Of a stretch of 64,000 nucleotides of DNA, positions 33,432 to 42,621 are shown piece after piece (position 1 is the stretch's first letter; the number at the start of each line of letters is the position of its first letter). This DNA comes from an uncultured Methanoregulaceae archaeon (GTDB taxonomy: Archaea; Halobacteriota; Methanomicrobia; Methanomicrobiales; Methanospirillaceae): positions 1,664,001 to 1,728,000 of the forward strand of contig OY969564.1 in NCBI GenBank assembly GCA_963701095.1, written 5' to 3'. The notes beneath the pieces are model-generated. The model did not search any database, had not been told where the DNA came from, and worked only from the letters and a program-made list of their open reading frames with translations. The position numbers and the translations under genes are program-made.

Positions 33432-34166
33432 TTACACTCGCTTTTTTTTATCCCAATCGAAATAGACAAGGCTTCCACCAATTAAGAGGCCTGCAAGGAC
33501 AATTAAAAGGAGGATATAAATGCTCCATCCGGCGATACTCCTGACTCCTGTACTCGCTCCAAACGCTGGTTGTACCTGAGTTCCGGATACTCCCGGCTGT
33601 TCCTGTGGGACTTGTGTAGGAGTATTTAACGGTCCCATAGGTGGTGCTAGCAATGGGCCAAGATTCGGGAACGGCGCCGGTGCTTCAACAACACCACCGT
33701 AGCTCGCGTATCCGTTACTTCTTCCTCCGTTACTTCCACCGCCGTTCGTAGTGGGTGTAGGGGTGGGAAGAGCTAATGTCTGGAATGTGGAATCGGTACT
33801 GGAGTACATATCACCCGCCAGATTGGCAGATACGAGCTGAAAGTGATATATCGTATTGGAGGACAGACCGCTCAGCGTTATTGAGTGGTTGGTCACCATG
33901 AGCGCGTCGGAACTCGCAGAACCGTAGCTGGAGGTTGTCCCGTACTCTATGGTGCTGTTTGCAGCACCGTTCGTTTGCCAGGAAAGTGTCGCGTCGCTGG
34001 TATCAATTCCGGTGACAGATATGTTGTAAATAACCAACGGGATGTTACCCGTTATCGCCACGGGACCGGAATTCTGGGCATTGGCCGGAAACGCCGTTAA
34101 AATCGTAGCTGTAAGACAAAAACAGCATATGATGAAAAAAATAAGAGATTTTTTTTTTCGGGTCAT
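33432..34166 (-). CDS. FN3-domain surface protein with P/T/G stalk and C-terminal TM (putative filament anchor)
   Basis: Signal peptide; ATLSWQT..NSTIEYG..HSITLSGLSSNTIYHFQL (FN3); TM followed by KKKRV. Confidence 0.75.
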   Translation of the reverse strand: MTRKKKSLIFFIICCFCLTATILTAFPANAQNSGPVAITGNIPLVIYNISVTGIDTSDATLSWQTNGAANSTIEYGTTSSYGSASSDALMVTNHSITLSGLSSNTIYHFQLVSANLAGDMYSSTDSTFQTLALPTPTPTTNGGGSNGGRSNGYASYGGVVEAPAPFPNLGPLLAPPMGPLNTPTQVPQEQPGVSGTQVQPAFGASTGVRSIAGWSIYILLLIVLAGLLIGGSLVYFDWDKKKRV

Positions 34167-35529
34167 TTCCGTAGCCTTGCAATGCCGCTAACAATGATAG
34201 CTGTTGCAGCGAGTGCTAAAATATTCAGTACCCGGGAACGGAAGCCTGCGTGGGTGACAAACTTGTTGGGGAGGAGACCATGACTGCCCATATACTCAGG
34301 TGGTTCGTTGTCGCTGTTAATGTCATATCCTTTGTGTTCACCTGTGTGGGCAGGACAACCCACTGACTTTGCACCACATCCCAGTATGAAAGTTTCAGCT
34401 GGGACGCGTCTCCGTTAGCAGCTGTAAGATCGTCTGAGGAATATTTTACCTTGACCGAGGCATCTTTGTTGAGCAGTCCTGACAGGCCAGTTATCTCAAA
34501 ACTGGAGGCCCCCAGTTTTGCGCCGGAAGGTGCAGGGCTGAGCTCGTCTTTTGAATACGGTCCCAGCGTGACAACCACATTACTAAGAACAGATCCTTGG
34601 GGGAATGAAACTGAATACCGTCCATCTGGCGACAGTAAGGTAGCTGAGCTGCCGGGAGTTACTGTTATACTCGATTCCGTTGCAGGAGGAATATAATTTG
34701 TCTGAACAGTGAATGTGGTTTTATTTTCATCGAGGACTTGTCCCCCCAGAAGAACTTGTGATTCTACTGAATAGGTTCCTGGCTGCAGGTTTTGCACATT
34801 GGGTTGCGCAACAAACTGAACCGTGTTTCCCGGAATAATTGCGTATACCATCGGCGTTGTTGAAACATTGGCGATAAAAGAGCCGTTTGAATCAGTCACA
34901 GTGACTTCGTTACTGGCACCGTAATAATGATAGTTACCGGTATTTTTGAATGTTGTGGTAATAGTAATTGGCTGACCGATGGTTATGGCACCTGTATCAA
35001 TCCCAAGGATACTGCCCGTTTCAAAGGGTGTCGTTCCGGTAACCGTAATGAAGACTGGCACATTAATTGCCGTCGAAAGGGATGTTCCTGGTCCTGGAAG
35101 GGAACGGATATTGATGATCGCGTACCTGCCGCCCGGACCTACATTCTGCGGGAGATTTATCGATGCCGTTATGCTCTGTGGGATACCGGGCGCCAGATGG
35201 ATTGTTGAATTATCGAGGGTGATAAAACTCCGGGCTGAATAAGGGTTTAGATCATTAACCGGATCCAATGGCATATAAATTCCATCAGGATTCTGTCCGA
35301 ATCCCTCCACTTCTGCCATCACATCAGTAGCTTGCTCATCAGCCCCAATACTTATGGTCACCATATGGGTATCCGACCCACCGGGAGCGATGCTCCCCGT
35401 GTACTTTGCACCTGACACGCCAAGTGCCGCTACCGGCGTCAGACAGAGAACCAATAGAATTACAAAGACAGAAATTGCGATCTTCGTCGATCTTAAGGAT
35501 TGTTGCGCATTTGTCATATTATACCTCAT
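34163..35529 (-). CDS. DUF916/DUF3324 (CscA/WxLIP)-like membrane-anchored Ig-fold protein with a ZU5-like domain; frameshift at about 34231
   Basis: SIAPGGS..SFITLD..IHLAPG..INLP..PGGRYA.I, FKNTGN; restoring one G gives TQASVPGVLNILALAATAIIVSGIARLRK*, whose stop overlaps the next ATG. Confidence 0.6.
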
Positions 35530-35650
35530 TTTTCGTTCTAACCACTACCAACACAACATCGGGGATTTCTGAACATGCGCTTTCATAATGAATTACGATG
35601 GGGAGGTGATATAAAATAAAAAGGTCATCGGGGTATTTAGGCGCTCGGTT

Positions 35651-36211
35651 TTATGGATACGTGAGGGTGAACGTCAGATCGATCCTATAGTTATTACCAG
35701 TTGGTAGTATTGGATCAGTATACGCAACCGGCTGGGTAAACGTATTGGGAGAGAGCAGCTGGTTGGTGACTGCTGCACTTCCTGAATAGAGAGTTGCCCC
35801 ACTGGTTATAGGGGGGGTAATAGAGTTCGTAGAGGTTGTACTGTTCGCGGTTCCGGCTAACCCTATAGGCGATGCTAAGTCTGTGAGCGGAGATAACACA
35901 TAATTACCGGCGGTCCAGTTCCCCATATATCCTTGCTTTGAAGGGCGCCCGGTATTATCTGAAACCGAAATGGTCCATGAACCTTCGTTGGCCGTAACAA
36001 TTATTCCAAGTGTTGAATTAGTTGCAGACGAACCGGGGGTCATTGGAGTCATATTTATCGCGGATTCATTCAGCGTGAGCGCAGCGTATGATGTGGGATT
36101 CCCCATAACGGCGGCGCCACCACTCGAAGTCCCTCCCGCTGAAACCGGCCCTGTTATCAACGCGAAAACAGTTGCCAGAAGTATCCCAATAACCAATATT
36201 TTTGATTTCAT
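35651..36211 (-). CDS. Small secreted WxL-like protein (putative major filament subunit)
   Basis: Signal peptide ..PVSA; GSWTISVSD and terminal YRIDLTFTLTYP; no membrane anchor. Confidence 0.65.
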   Translation of the reverse strand: MKSKILVIGILLATVFALITGPVSAGGTSSGGAAVMGNPTSYAALTLNESAINMTPMTPGSSATNSTLGIIVTANEGSWTISVSDNTGRPSKQGYMGNWTAGNYVLSPLTDLASPIGLAGTANSTTSTNSITPPITSGATLYSGSAAVTNQLLSPNTFTQPVAYTDPILPTGNNYRIDLTFTLTYP

Positions 36212-36235
36212 GTGCTAAAATGCGCGGAATTACTT

Positions 36236-36243
36236 TATATAAA
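36236..36243 (-). promoter_or_regulatory. TATA box for the small WxL-like gene
   Basis: TTTATATA about 25 nt upstream of ATG 36211. Confidence 0.5.
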
Positions 36244-36287
36244 TTTAGGTGAAAATAAGGCCCCGGCTTCTTTTAAAGGACTCGACC

Positions 36288-38492
36288 TTATGGATACGTG
36301 AGTGTGAACGTTAGATCTATTCTATAGGTATCGGGATTTGGCAGGATTGGATCGGCATATGCCACCGGTTGTGTGAAAATATTGGGAGTGAGAAGCTGGT
36401 TAGTGACTGCCCCACTACCTGAATAGAGAAGTGACCCACTGTATATGGGTGTAGTCGCATTCTGCCCGGTTGTTACACTCCCTGTACTGTTCGTGGTTCC
36501 GGCTAATTGAAGAGGTGAAGATAACGTCGTATTCAGGGGGTACGTGAAATAAATACCGGCGCTGTAGTTTCCTAAATAACCTTTCCTGGAAGTGCGCCCG
36601 GTATTATCGGAAATTGAAATGGTCCATCCGCCTTCGTTGGCTGTGACTGTTATTCCAAGTGATCCATTCGTTGCAGACAGTCCCGGGGTCATGGGGTTCA
36701 GGAGTATCGTGGATTCATTCAAAATGAGCGCGGCATATGCATTGCTCGTGATATAATTCAATTGTGTTGTACTATTGGAATAATAGGGGTTGGAAGCCGA
36801 TTCGGTGACGTAAAAAGTACCTTCTGAACTATACACGTGAGTGGCGTTAAACGTATATATTGTTGAAGTGTTCGTAAATTGTCCATCACCCCATGTCCAG
36901 TTAACCCAGGTTGCATTATTGTTTACAGAAGTTAGGTTGAACTGGACAGTGAACGGAAATATTCCCGAAGTTGGGGTTCCTGTGAACCCGGAAACCGTTT
37001 GATGGTAAAGTTGTACGTATCCGATTTTAGAGCTAGACCCGTAGACGTTTGCGACTTTCCATGTAACGGTATAATTGCTTCCGCCTGAATAGGTATGTGT
37101 AATATTTGTTGCTGGAAAAGTAGTTGCGTTATACCATCCGCCATCCCCAAATGAAACATTCCATTGTGTCGGAGAATTTGTTGAGGTATCATTGAACATA
37201 ACAATCAAAGGATCGACGCCGGATGTAACATTTGCAATAAAATTTGCAACAGGGATTGACCCAGCAGTAACATTAATAAACGTGGCATTTTTGAATGTGT
37301 TTGATCCACCGAGATTCTTTTCAGTCAAATTTACGGAATAATTACCAATGCCAAATGTCCATACCGGGTTTTGCGTGGTGGCAAAATTCGTCCACGTATT
37401 GTTTCCCGTAACATTATTAAATCCCCATTGAAAAGCGGTTCCTGCGGGATTCGATGTATCGTTAAAACTAACTGCTAGTGGTGAAAATCCGGAAGTTACA
37501 TTCATGGTAAACGATACGACAGGCAACTTCGTGTAACTGACAATAATTACCCCGGAAGCTCCACTGCCTCCTGCTGTTGTATTCTCATAACCGCCACCAC
37601 CACCGCCACTCCCTGTCGATGCGGTAGCTGCGGTTGGAAAGGTTGTGTTGGTTCCGCCAGTGCCACCAATAACCGAACCCCCGGCTCCCGCAGTCGTGTT
37701 TCCGCCTCCGCCCCCACCGGCACCGTAAAAGATTGCTGATCCTGTGATGCTGTTACTCACCCCGGCCCCACCTGCTCCACCAGCAGTTGTAGTTCCTGTC
37801 CCTCCTTTTGCGCCGGCTCCCCCGCCACCCCCGGCGCCAAAACGCGTGACTCCAGAAGCGGTCCCGCCGGCAAATCCATACGCGGTTCCGCCACCCGAGC
37901 TTCCTAAACTTGCCTGGGTAGTAGCCCCTCCAGCACCGCCGTGTGTTCCACCGCCTCCTGAACCACCAGAACCTCCCGCTGTTGAACTTGTTGCTGATGC
38001 GCCCCAACCACCACCTATCGTGAGGATCGTATTGAACGAAGAGTTCATGCCATTTACACCATGGGATGCATTGGCTGCTCCCCCGGTACCTCCGCTACCT
38101 ACAAAAAGATTGAGAAGACTTCCGCCGGTGACCGCATAAGATACTGCATAGACAGCCCCCCCGCCACCGCCACCGCCACCACAGGTGGCGGACGCATTAC
38201 TGCTGCCGCCTCCACTAGCACCCCCGGCTACAACGAGAACGGATAGATTGGAAAGCCCGGTAGGTACTGTCCACGAAGATGATCCCGTGGCATTCCACAT
38301 AATGAGATTTTGATTGCCGTTGGTTGCTGTCCAGCACCCATTGGCTGATGTCCACGTAACTGCGCTCACCGACTGGACACAAACCGTAAAAAGACAACCT
38401 GCCAGAAAAATCCAGATCGCGAGGGTCGCAATTAAGTTACCTTCCAAACTTTTTCGGGCGTTTATTTTTGTTTTCAGGTTAGTCTTTCTCAT
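36288..38492 (-). CDS. Large secreted protein: glycine-rich domain, three PKD domains, C-terminal WxL-like domain (putative tip adhesin)
   Basis: WTVP.G..VLVVAGG..GGSGASGVIIVSY Gly-rich block; F.D.S..W.FGDG PKD motifs; last ~149 aa paralogous to the small protein. Confidence 0.75.
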   Translation of the reverse strand: MRKTNLKTKINARKSLEGNLIATLAIWIFLAGCLFTVCVQSVSAVTWTSANGCWTATNGNQNLIMWNATGSSSWTVPTGLSNLSVLVVAGGASGGGSSNASATCGGGGGGGGAVYAVSYAVTGGSLLNLFVGSGGTGGAANASHGVNGMNSSFNTILTIGGGWGASATSSTAGGSGGSGGGGTHGGAGGATTQASLGSSGGGTAYGFAGGTASGVTRFGAGGGGGAGAKGGTGTTTAGGAGGAGVSNSITGSAIFYGAGGGGGGNTTAGAGGSVIGGTGGTNTTFPTAATASTGSGGGGGGYENTTAGGSGASGVIIVSYTKLPVVSFTMNVTSGFSPLAVSFNDTSNPAGTAFQWGFNNVTGNNTWTNFATTQNPVWTFGIGNYSVNLTEKNLGGSNTFKNATFINVTAGSIPVANFIANVTSGVDPLIVMFNDTSTNSPTQWNVSFGDGGWYNATTFPATNITHTYSGGSNYTVTWKVANVYGSSSKIGYVQLYHQTVSGFTGTPTSGIFPFTVQFNLTSVNNNATWVNWTWGDGQFTNTSTIYTFNATHVYSSEGTFYVTESASNPYYSNSTTQLNYITSNAYAALILNESTILLNPMTPGLSATNGSLGITVTANEGGWTISISDNTGRTSRKGYLGNYSAGIYFTYPLNTTLSSPLQLAGTTNSTGSVTTGQNATTPIYSGSLLYSGSGAVTNQLLTPNIFTQPVAYADPILPNPDTYRIDLTFTLTYP

Positions 38493-38754
38493 TCAATCTC
38501 CAATGGGGCATCTAATCCGGCATTGAAAACTCCATGGAAATCAACATCGCCGTAATGGGAAATTAATCTAATAACACTCGTTCTATGAGTTTTTACTCTT
38601 TTCATTTTATCCATTGAGATTATATTATTATTTTGTGTGTTTCCTGATTGCCGTTAGAATATCCTCTTTGACATAATAGAGTCGTACAATATTTTTATCG
38701 CATGACAAATGAACAGAACCATAGCCAAAGCCCCATAGACCCGGAGTCTCAACG

Positions 38755-40242
38755 ATGCTCAAAAATGTCCTTAATCCGAAGAATTGCATCGATAAAAAGG
38801 TGTTTGAAAAAAAGATCGTGTCCATTCAGGAACGCTTGGGTGCCATCCAGCGGGCCCTTCGTGAGGCCCATATACCGGTCATTATTGTCATGGAAGGCTG
38901 GGACGCGGCGGGAATCACCCACTCGACCAAGGAGGTGATCGAGTCACTCGATCCCCGAGGCTTTACCCTCAACACCATTATGCAGCCTACTGATGACGAA
39001 CGGGTTAGGCCATTTATGTGGCGATTCTGGATCCGGACACCGCCAAAAGGACGCATTGCACTCTTTGCCCGGAGTTGGTACAGCCGTGCAATCTCTGCGG
39101 AGATGCAGAGAACCAGCTGGACGAAATCATTAGAGGGAGGGATCATCTCGATCAATAACTTCGAACAACAACTGGCCGATGACGGGACGATCATCATCAA
39201 GTTCTTTTTGCATATTGACAAAGTAGAGCAGAAACACCGTTTCGAAGAACGGGAAAAAAATCCACTGAGCGCGTGGCTTGTGACTCCTGCACTCTGGAAT
39301 CTGCATAATGCGTACGATCTCTCGTTCCCGGTTATTGATCACTTCATTGAAGAGACCAACACAGCCTTCGCACCTTGGCACGTGATCGATGCGACCGACC
39401 AGAACTTTGCGGTTCTGGAGATTTATGCGACACTGATAAAAACCTTGGAAAAAACATTGAATGACCGGGCAAACGGAAAAACAATACGACACAATGAACC
39501 GCTCCTGCCAAAAAAACACCCGCTGAAAAGAAAGACCGCGAACCGGACACAAGACATATCCTGCGTAAAAAAGGAATGTATCCCGATCGTTGATCATCTC
39601 CAAGAAGAGATGTTACGGACCCAGGCACTTCTTTACAAGCGTAAGATCCCACTTATAATTTTGTATGAGGGCTGGGATGCCGCCGGTAAGGGCGGCAATA
39701 TCACACGGATTTCCCGGCATATGAACCCCCGGGGGTATGACGTGATCCCGGTGATTGCTCCAGACGCTACGGAACAGAGTCACCATTATTTCTGGCGTTT
39801 TATTAATTATTTCCCAAAGGCCGGCCACATTGCGATTTTCGATCGGAGCTGGTATGGCCGCGTTCTTGTAGAACGGGTAGAGGGTTACTGTACAGAATGC
39901 GAGTGGAAGCGGGCATATAGGGAGATCAACGATATGGAAGCGGATTTTATTTATTCAACCGGCGGAGGGATATTGAAATTCTGGCTTGAGATAAGCAAAG
40001 AAGAACAGCTCAAACGCTTCAACCAGCGTAAAAGTGATCCGCTCAAGCAGCATAAGATCACAGAAGACGATTGGAGAAACCGGGAAAAATGGGATCAATA
40101 CGAAGTTGCAATCGATGAAATGCTAGCCCGGACCAATACAAAAATCGCGCCATGGACCGTAATCGGATCGGATGACAAATGGACAGCCCGGGTTAAGAGT
40201 ATCGAGGCAGTCACTTCGTATTGCAAGAAACTGCTGGAATGA
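38755..40242 (+). CDS. pap: Two-domain polyphosphate kinase 2 (polyP:AMP phosphotransferase)
   Basis: EGWDAAG twice, RSWY twice, DDWRNREKW. Confidence 0.88.
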   Translation: MLKNVLNPKNCIDKKVFEKKIVSIQERLGAIQRALREAHIPVIIVMEGWDAAGITHSTKEVIESLDPRGFTLNTIMQPTDDERVRPFMWRFWIRTPPKGRIALFARSWYSRAISAEMQRTSWTKSLEGGIISINNFEQQLADDGTIIIKFFLHIDKVEQKHRFEEREKNPLSAWLVTPALWNLHNAYDLSFPVIDHFIEETNTAFAPWHVIDATDQNFAVLEIYATLIKTLEKTLNDRANGKTIRHNEPLLPKKHPLKRKTANRTQDISCVKKECIPIVDHLQEEMLRTQALLYKRKIPLIILYEGWDAAGKGGNITRISRHMNPRGYDVIPVIAPDATEQSHHYFWRFINYFPKAGHIAIFDRSWYGRVLVERVEGYCTECEWKRAYREINDMEADFIYSTGGGILKFWLEISKEEQLKRFNQRKSDPLKQHKITEDDWRNREKWDQYEVAIDEMLARTNTKIAPWTVIGSDDKWTARVKSIEAVTSYCKKLLE

Positions 40243-40302
40243 GGGGGTTGGAGAAGATTACTATCAACAGTATATTCTCAAAAAAAAGTTTGTCTGGTCT
40301 TA

Positions 40303-40680
40303 TCAGCTTTCTGCCGGGGCAGGTTCCTTCTTTCTCGGTCCGGAGACGGTTACCTTCATAATACCAGCCCGGGCGGTCATCGCAGCCGTATACTGTGTAT
40401 CCATCGCGAGGCATTTTGTCGGGCAGACTTCGACGCAGCAGTTGCATACGATGCAACGGAGCCGGTCAATCTGCCAGGTCTTCTCCTTGACCTCTACGCA
40501 GATAGCCTGCGTCGGACACTTTCGTTGGCAGGACCGGCACGTGATACAACCATCCGGATTGATTGTTACATGCCCACGGGTGAGATGCGTCTTCTTTGCA
40601 GGCTTCGCCGGGTACATTAGGGTTGCAGGGTGGGAAAACAGGTTTTTTATCACCGTCTTTGTCATCTCAAAATAGGTCAT
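40303..40680 (-). CDS. echF: Ech hydrogenase subunit F (2x4Fe-4S)
   Basis: PATLMYP, CITCRSCQRKCP, CIVCNCCVEVCP. Confidence 0.9.
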   Translation of the reverse strand: MTYFEMTKTVIKNLFSHPATLMYPAKPAKKTHLTRGHVTINPDGCITCRSCQRKCPTQAICVEVKEKTWQIDRLRCIVCNCCVEVCPTKCLAMDTQYTAAMTARAGIMKVTVSGPRKKEPAPAES

Positions 40681-40687
40681 GGCCGTT

Positions 40688-41767
40688 TCACCTCTCCGCG
40701 CAACCAACGCAGGGATCGATAGAGAGCACAATAACCGGTACGTCCGCAAGCTCGCATCCTTTGAGAAGTGTGATGAGCGGCGGGAGGTTGGTGAATGTTG
40801 GTGTCCTTACCCGGTGCCGTACAAGGTTTCTTTTACCGTTTCCCTTAATGTAGTGGACCACTTCACCCCGGGGCTGTTCTGCACGGGCGAAGTACTCGCC
40901 ATCAGGCGCGCCGGTGACCTTGATTTCCACCGGTCCTTCAGGGATCTTTTTGACGCATTGCTCGATGATATCAATTGATGTAAAGAGTTCCTTTGCCCGA
41001 ACCGCACACCGGGCATAACAATCGCCGTCATGCTCAGCAACCGGTTTGAAATTGATCTTCCCGTACGCCGCATACCCGGTTTCGCGGATATCGATCCCGA
41101 TCCCGCTTCCCCGGGCAGTCGGACCAACGGCCCCAAGCGTATAGGCGTCACCTTTCTGGAGAATTCCGACACCCTTAAGCCTGTGGCTTACCGAATTGTC
41201 TTTCAAAAATACATTCACCAGATCGTGAAGGGCAGGCTCCATACTTTTGAGCCCTTTTACCATTTCATCCATTTTCTCTGGTGAGATATCCCTTCGGACA
41301 CCGCCTACTTTGCAGACCCCCTGGATCACGCGGCCGCCTGTGGTTGCTTCCAGATCATCGAGGATATGTTCCCGGAGTTTCCAGGCGTTCATGAAGACGC
41401 TTTCAAAACCCATACCGTCGGCAAAGAGTCCGAGCCACAGGAGATGTGAATGCAACCTCGAGTATTCCGACCATATTGTCCGGAGATACTGCGCACGCTC
41501 CGGCACTTCGATATTCATGATCTTTTCAATACCTTGTGCATAGGTATTACTGTGGATGTAGCTGCAGATCCCGCAGATACGTTCAGCCACGTAAATATAC
41601 TCAGTATATTCCCGTTTCTCGACAAGTTTTTCAAGACCACGGTGGACGTACCCGATCGAAGGGATCGCGTCCACGACCCTTTCGTCTTCAAGAACAAGGT
41701 CGAGGTGGATTGGTTCCGGCAGTACCGGGTGCTGGGGGCCGAACGGGACGGTTATTTGTTTTGACAT
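40688..41767 (-). CDS. echE: Ech hydrogenase large subunit E
   Basis: GPQHP, ERICGICS, DPCVGCAER with no C-terminal extension. Confidence 0.95.
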   Translation of the reverse strand: MSKQITVPFGPQHPVLPEPIHLDLVLEDERVVDAIPSIGYVHRGLEKLVEKREYTEYIYVAERICGICSYIHSNTYAQGIEKIMNIEVPERAQYLRTIWSEYSRLHSHLLWLGLFADGMGFESVFMNAWKLREHILDDLEATTGGRVIQGVCKVGGVRRDISPEKMDEMVKGLKSMEPALHDLVNVFLKDNSVSHRLKGVGILQKGDAYTLGAVGPTARGSGIGIDIRETGYAAYGKINFKPVAEHDGDCYARCAVRAKELFTSIDIIEQCVKKIPEGPVEIKVTGAPDGEYFARAEQPRGEVVHYIKGNGKRNLVRHRVRTPTFTNLPPLITLLKGCELADVPVIVLSIDPCVGCAER

Positions 41768-42132
41768 GGGATGTCCTCCTTTGTTATGGTAACACTGAAC
41801 GGCTGTTTGATCGTAGTTCGGTAGAACTGACCCCCGAAATCGATATTCATTCCCGAAACGGTGATACCGTACAAATCGTGGATCTCGTTTTCATAGACAA
41901 AAGCTCCAAAATATACGCTGCTCACACTGGGAATAACCGTGTCCTGTTTTGCCGTTATACGCAGGTTTGTCATTACGTAATCCTTGTCAAAGACGTAGTT
42001 TATCTCAAAATCGTCACCAAGTTTCGTGCAGCCGATCTGGACAAGCCGGCAGCCATCCTTTTTCATCTGTGCTGTCCGGGAAACGAGTTCATCAATGCTG
42101 ACGGCGATGGTAGTCTGTTGATCTTTTACCAT
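41752..42132 (-). CDS. echD: Ech hydrogenase subunit D
   Basis: RLVQIGC, YENEIHDLYGI. Confidence 0.88.
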   Translation of the reverse strand: MVKDQQTTIAVSIDELVSRTAQMKKDGCRLVQIGCTKLGDDFEINYVFDKDYVMTNLRITAKQDTVIPSVSSVYFGAFVYENEIHDLYGITVSGMNIDFGGQFYRTTIKQPFSVTITKEDIPCQNK

Positions 42133-42133
42133 G

Positions 42134-42616
42134 TTAGGCACCCCCGGCAGGTTCTTTGGGCACTTCCACCGGCTGCTCATAGGGAACACCTGATGTCATA
42201 GCCGTCCGTTTCTCTTCAAGAATGCCCAGTGCTTTTACAATTCCGTCGATGATGGACTCAGGCCGCGCAGCGCATCCGGGCACGTACACATCGACCGGAA
42301 TGGTTGTATCGATTCCCCCGGCAACATTGTAACATTCCCGGAAGATACCCCCGGATGTGGCACAGATGCCGATGGCAACAACGACTTTAGGGTCCGGCAT
42401 CTGGTCGTAGATGTTTTTTATCACGTATTTGTTTTCCTCATTGACGGTTCCCGTCACTACAAAGATATCCGCATGCTTGGGGTTGCCAGTATTGAGGATC
42501 CCGAACCGCTCAACATCATACACTGGAGTGAGGCAGGCGAGGATCTCGATATCGCAGCCGTTGCAGCTCGATGCGTCGTAATGGATGAGCCAGGGTGATT
42601 TCTTCAAGTAAGCCAT
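42134..42616 (-). CDS. echC: Ech hydrogenase small subunit C
   Basis: SCNGCDIE, GNPKHAD, GICA, PGCAARP. Confidence 0.93.
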   Translation of the reverse strand: MAYLKKSPWLIHYDASSCNGCDIEILACLTPVYDVERFGILNTGNPKHADIFVVTGTVNEENKYVIKNIYDQMPDPKVVVAIGICATSGGIFRECYNVAGGIDTTIPVDVYVPGCAARPESIIDGIVKALGILEEKRTAMTSGVPYEQPVEVPKEPAGGA

Positions 42617-42621
42617 GGTGT

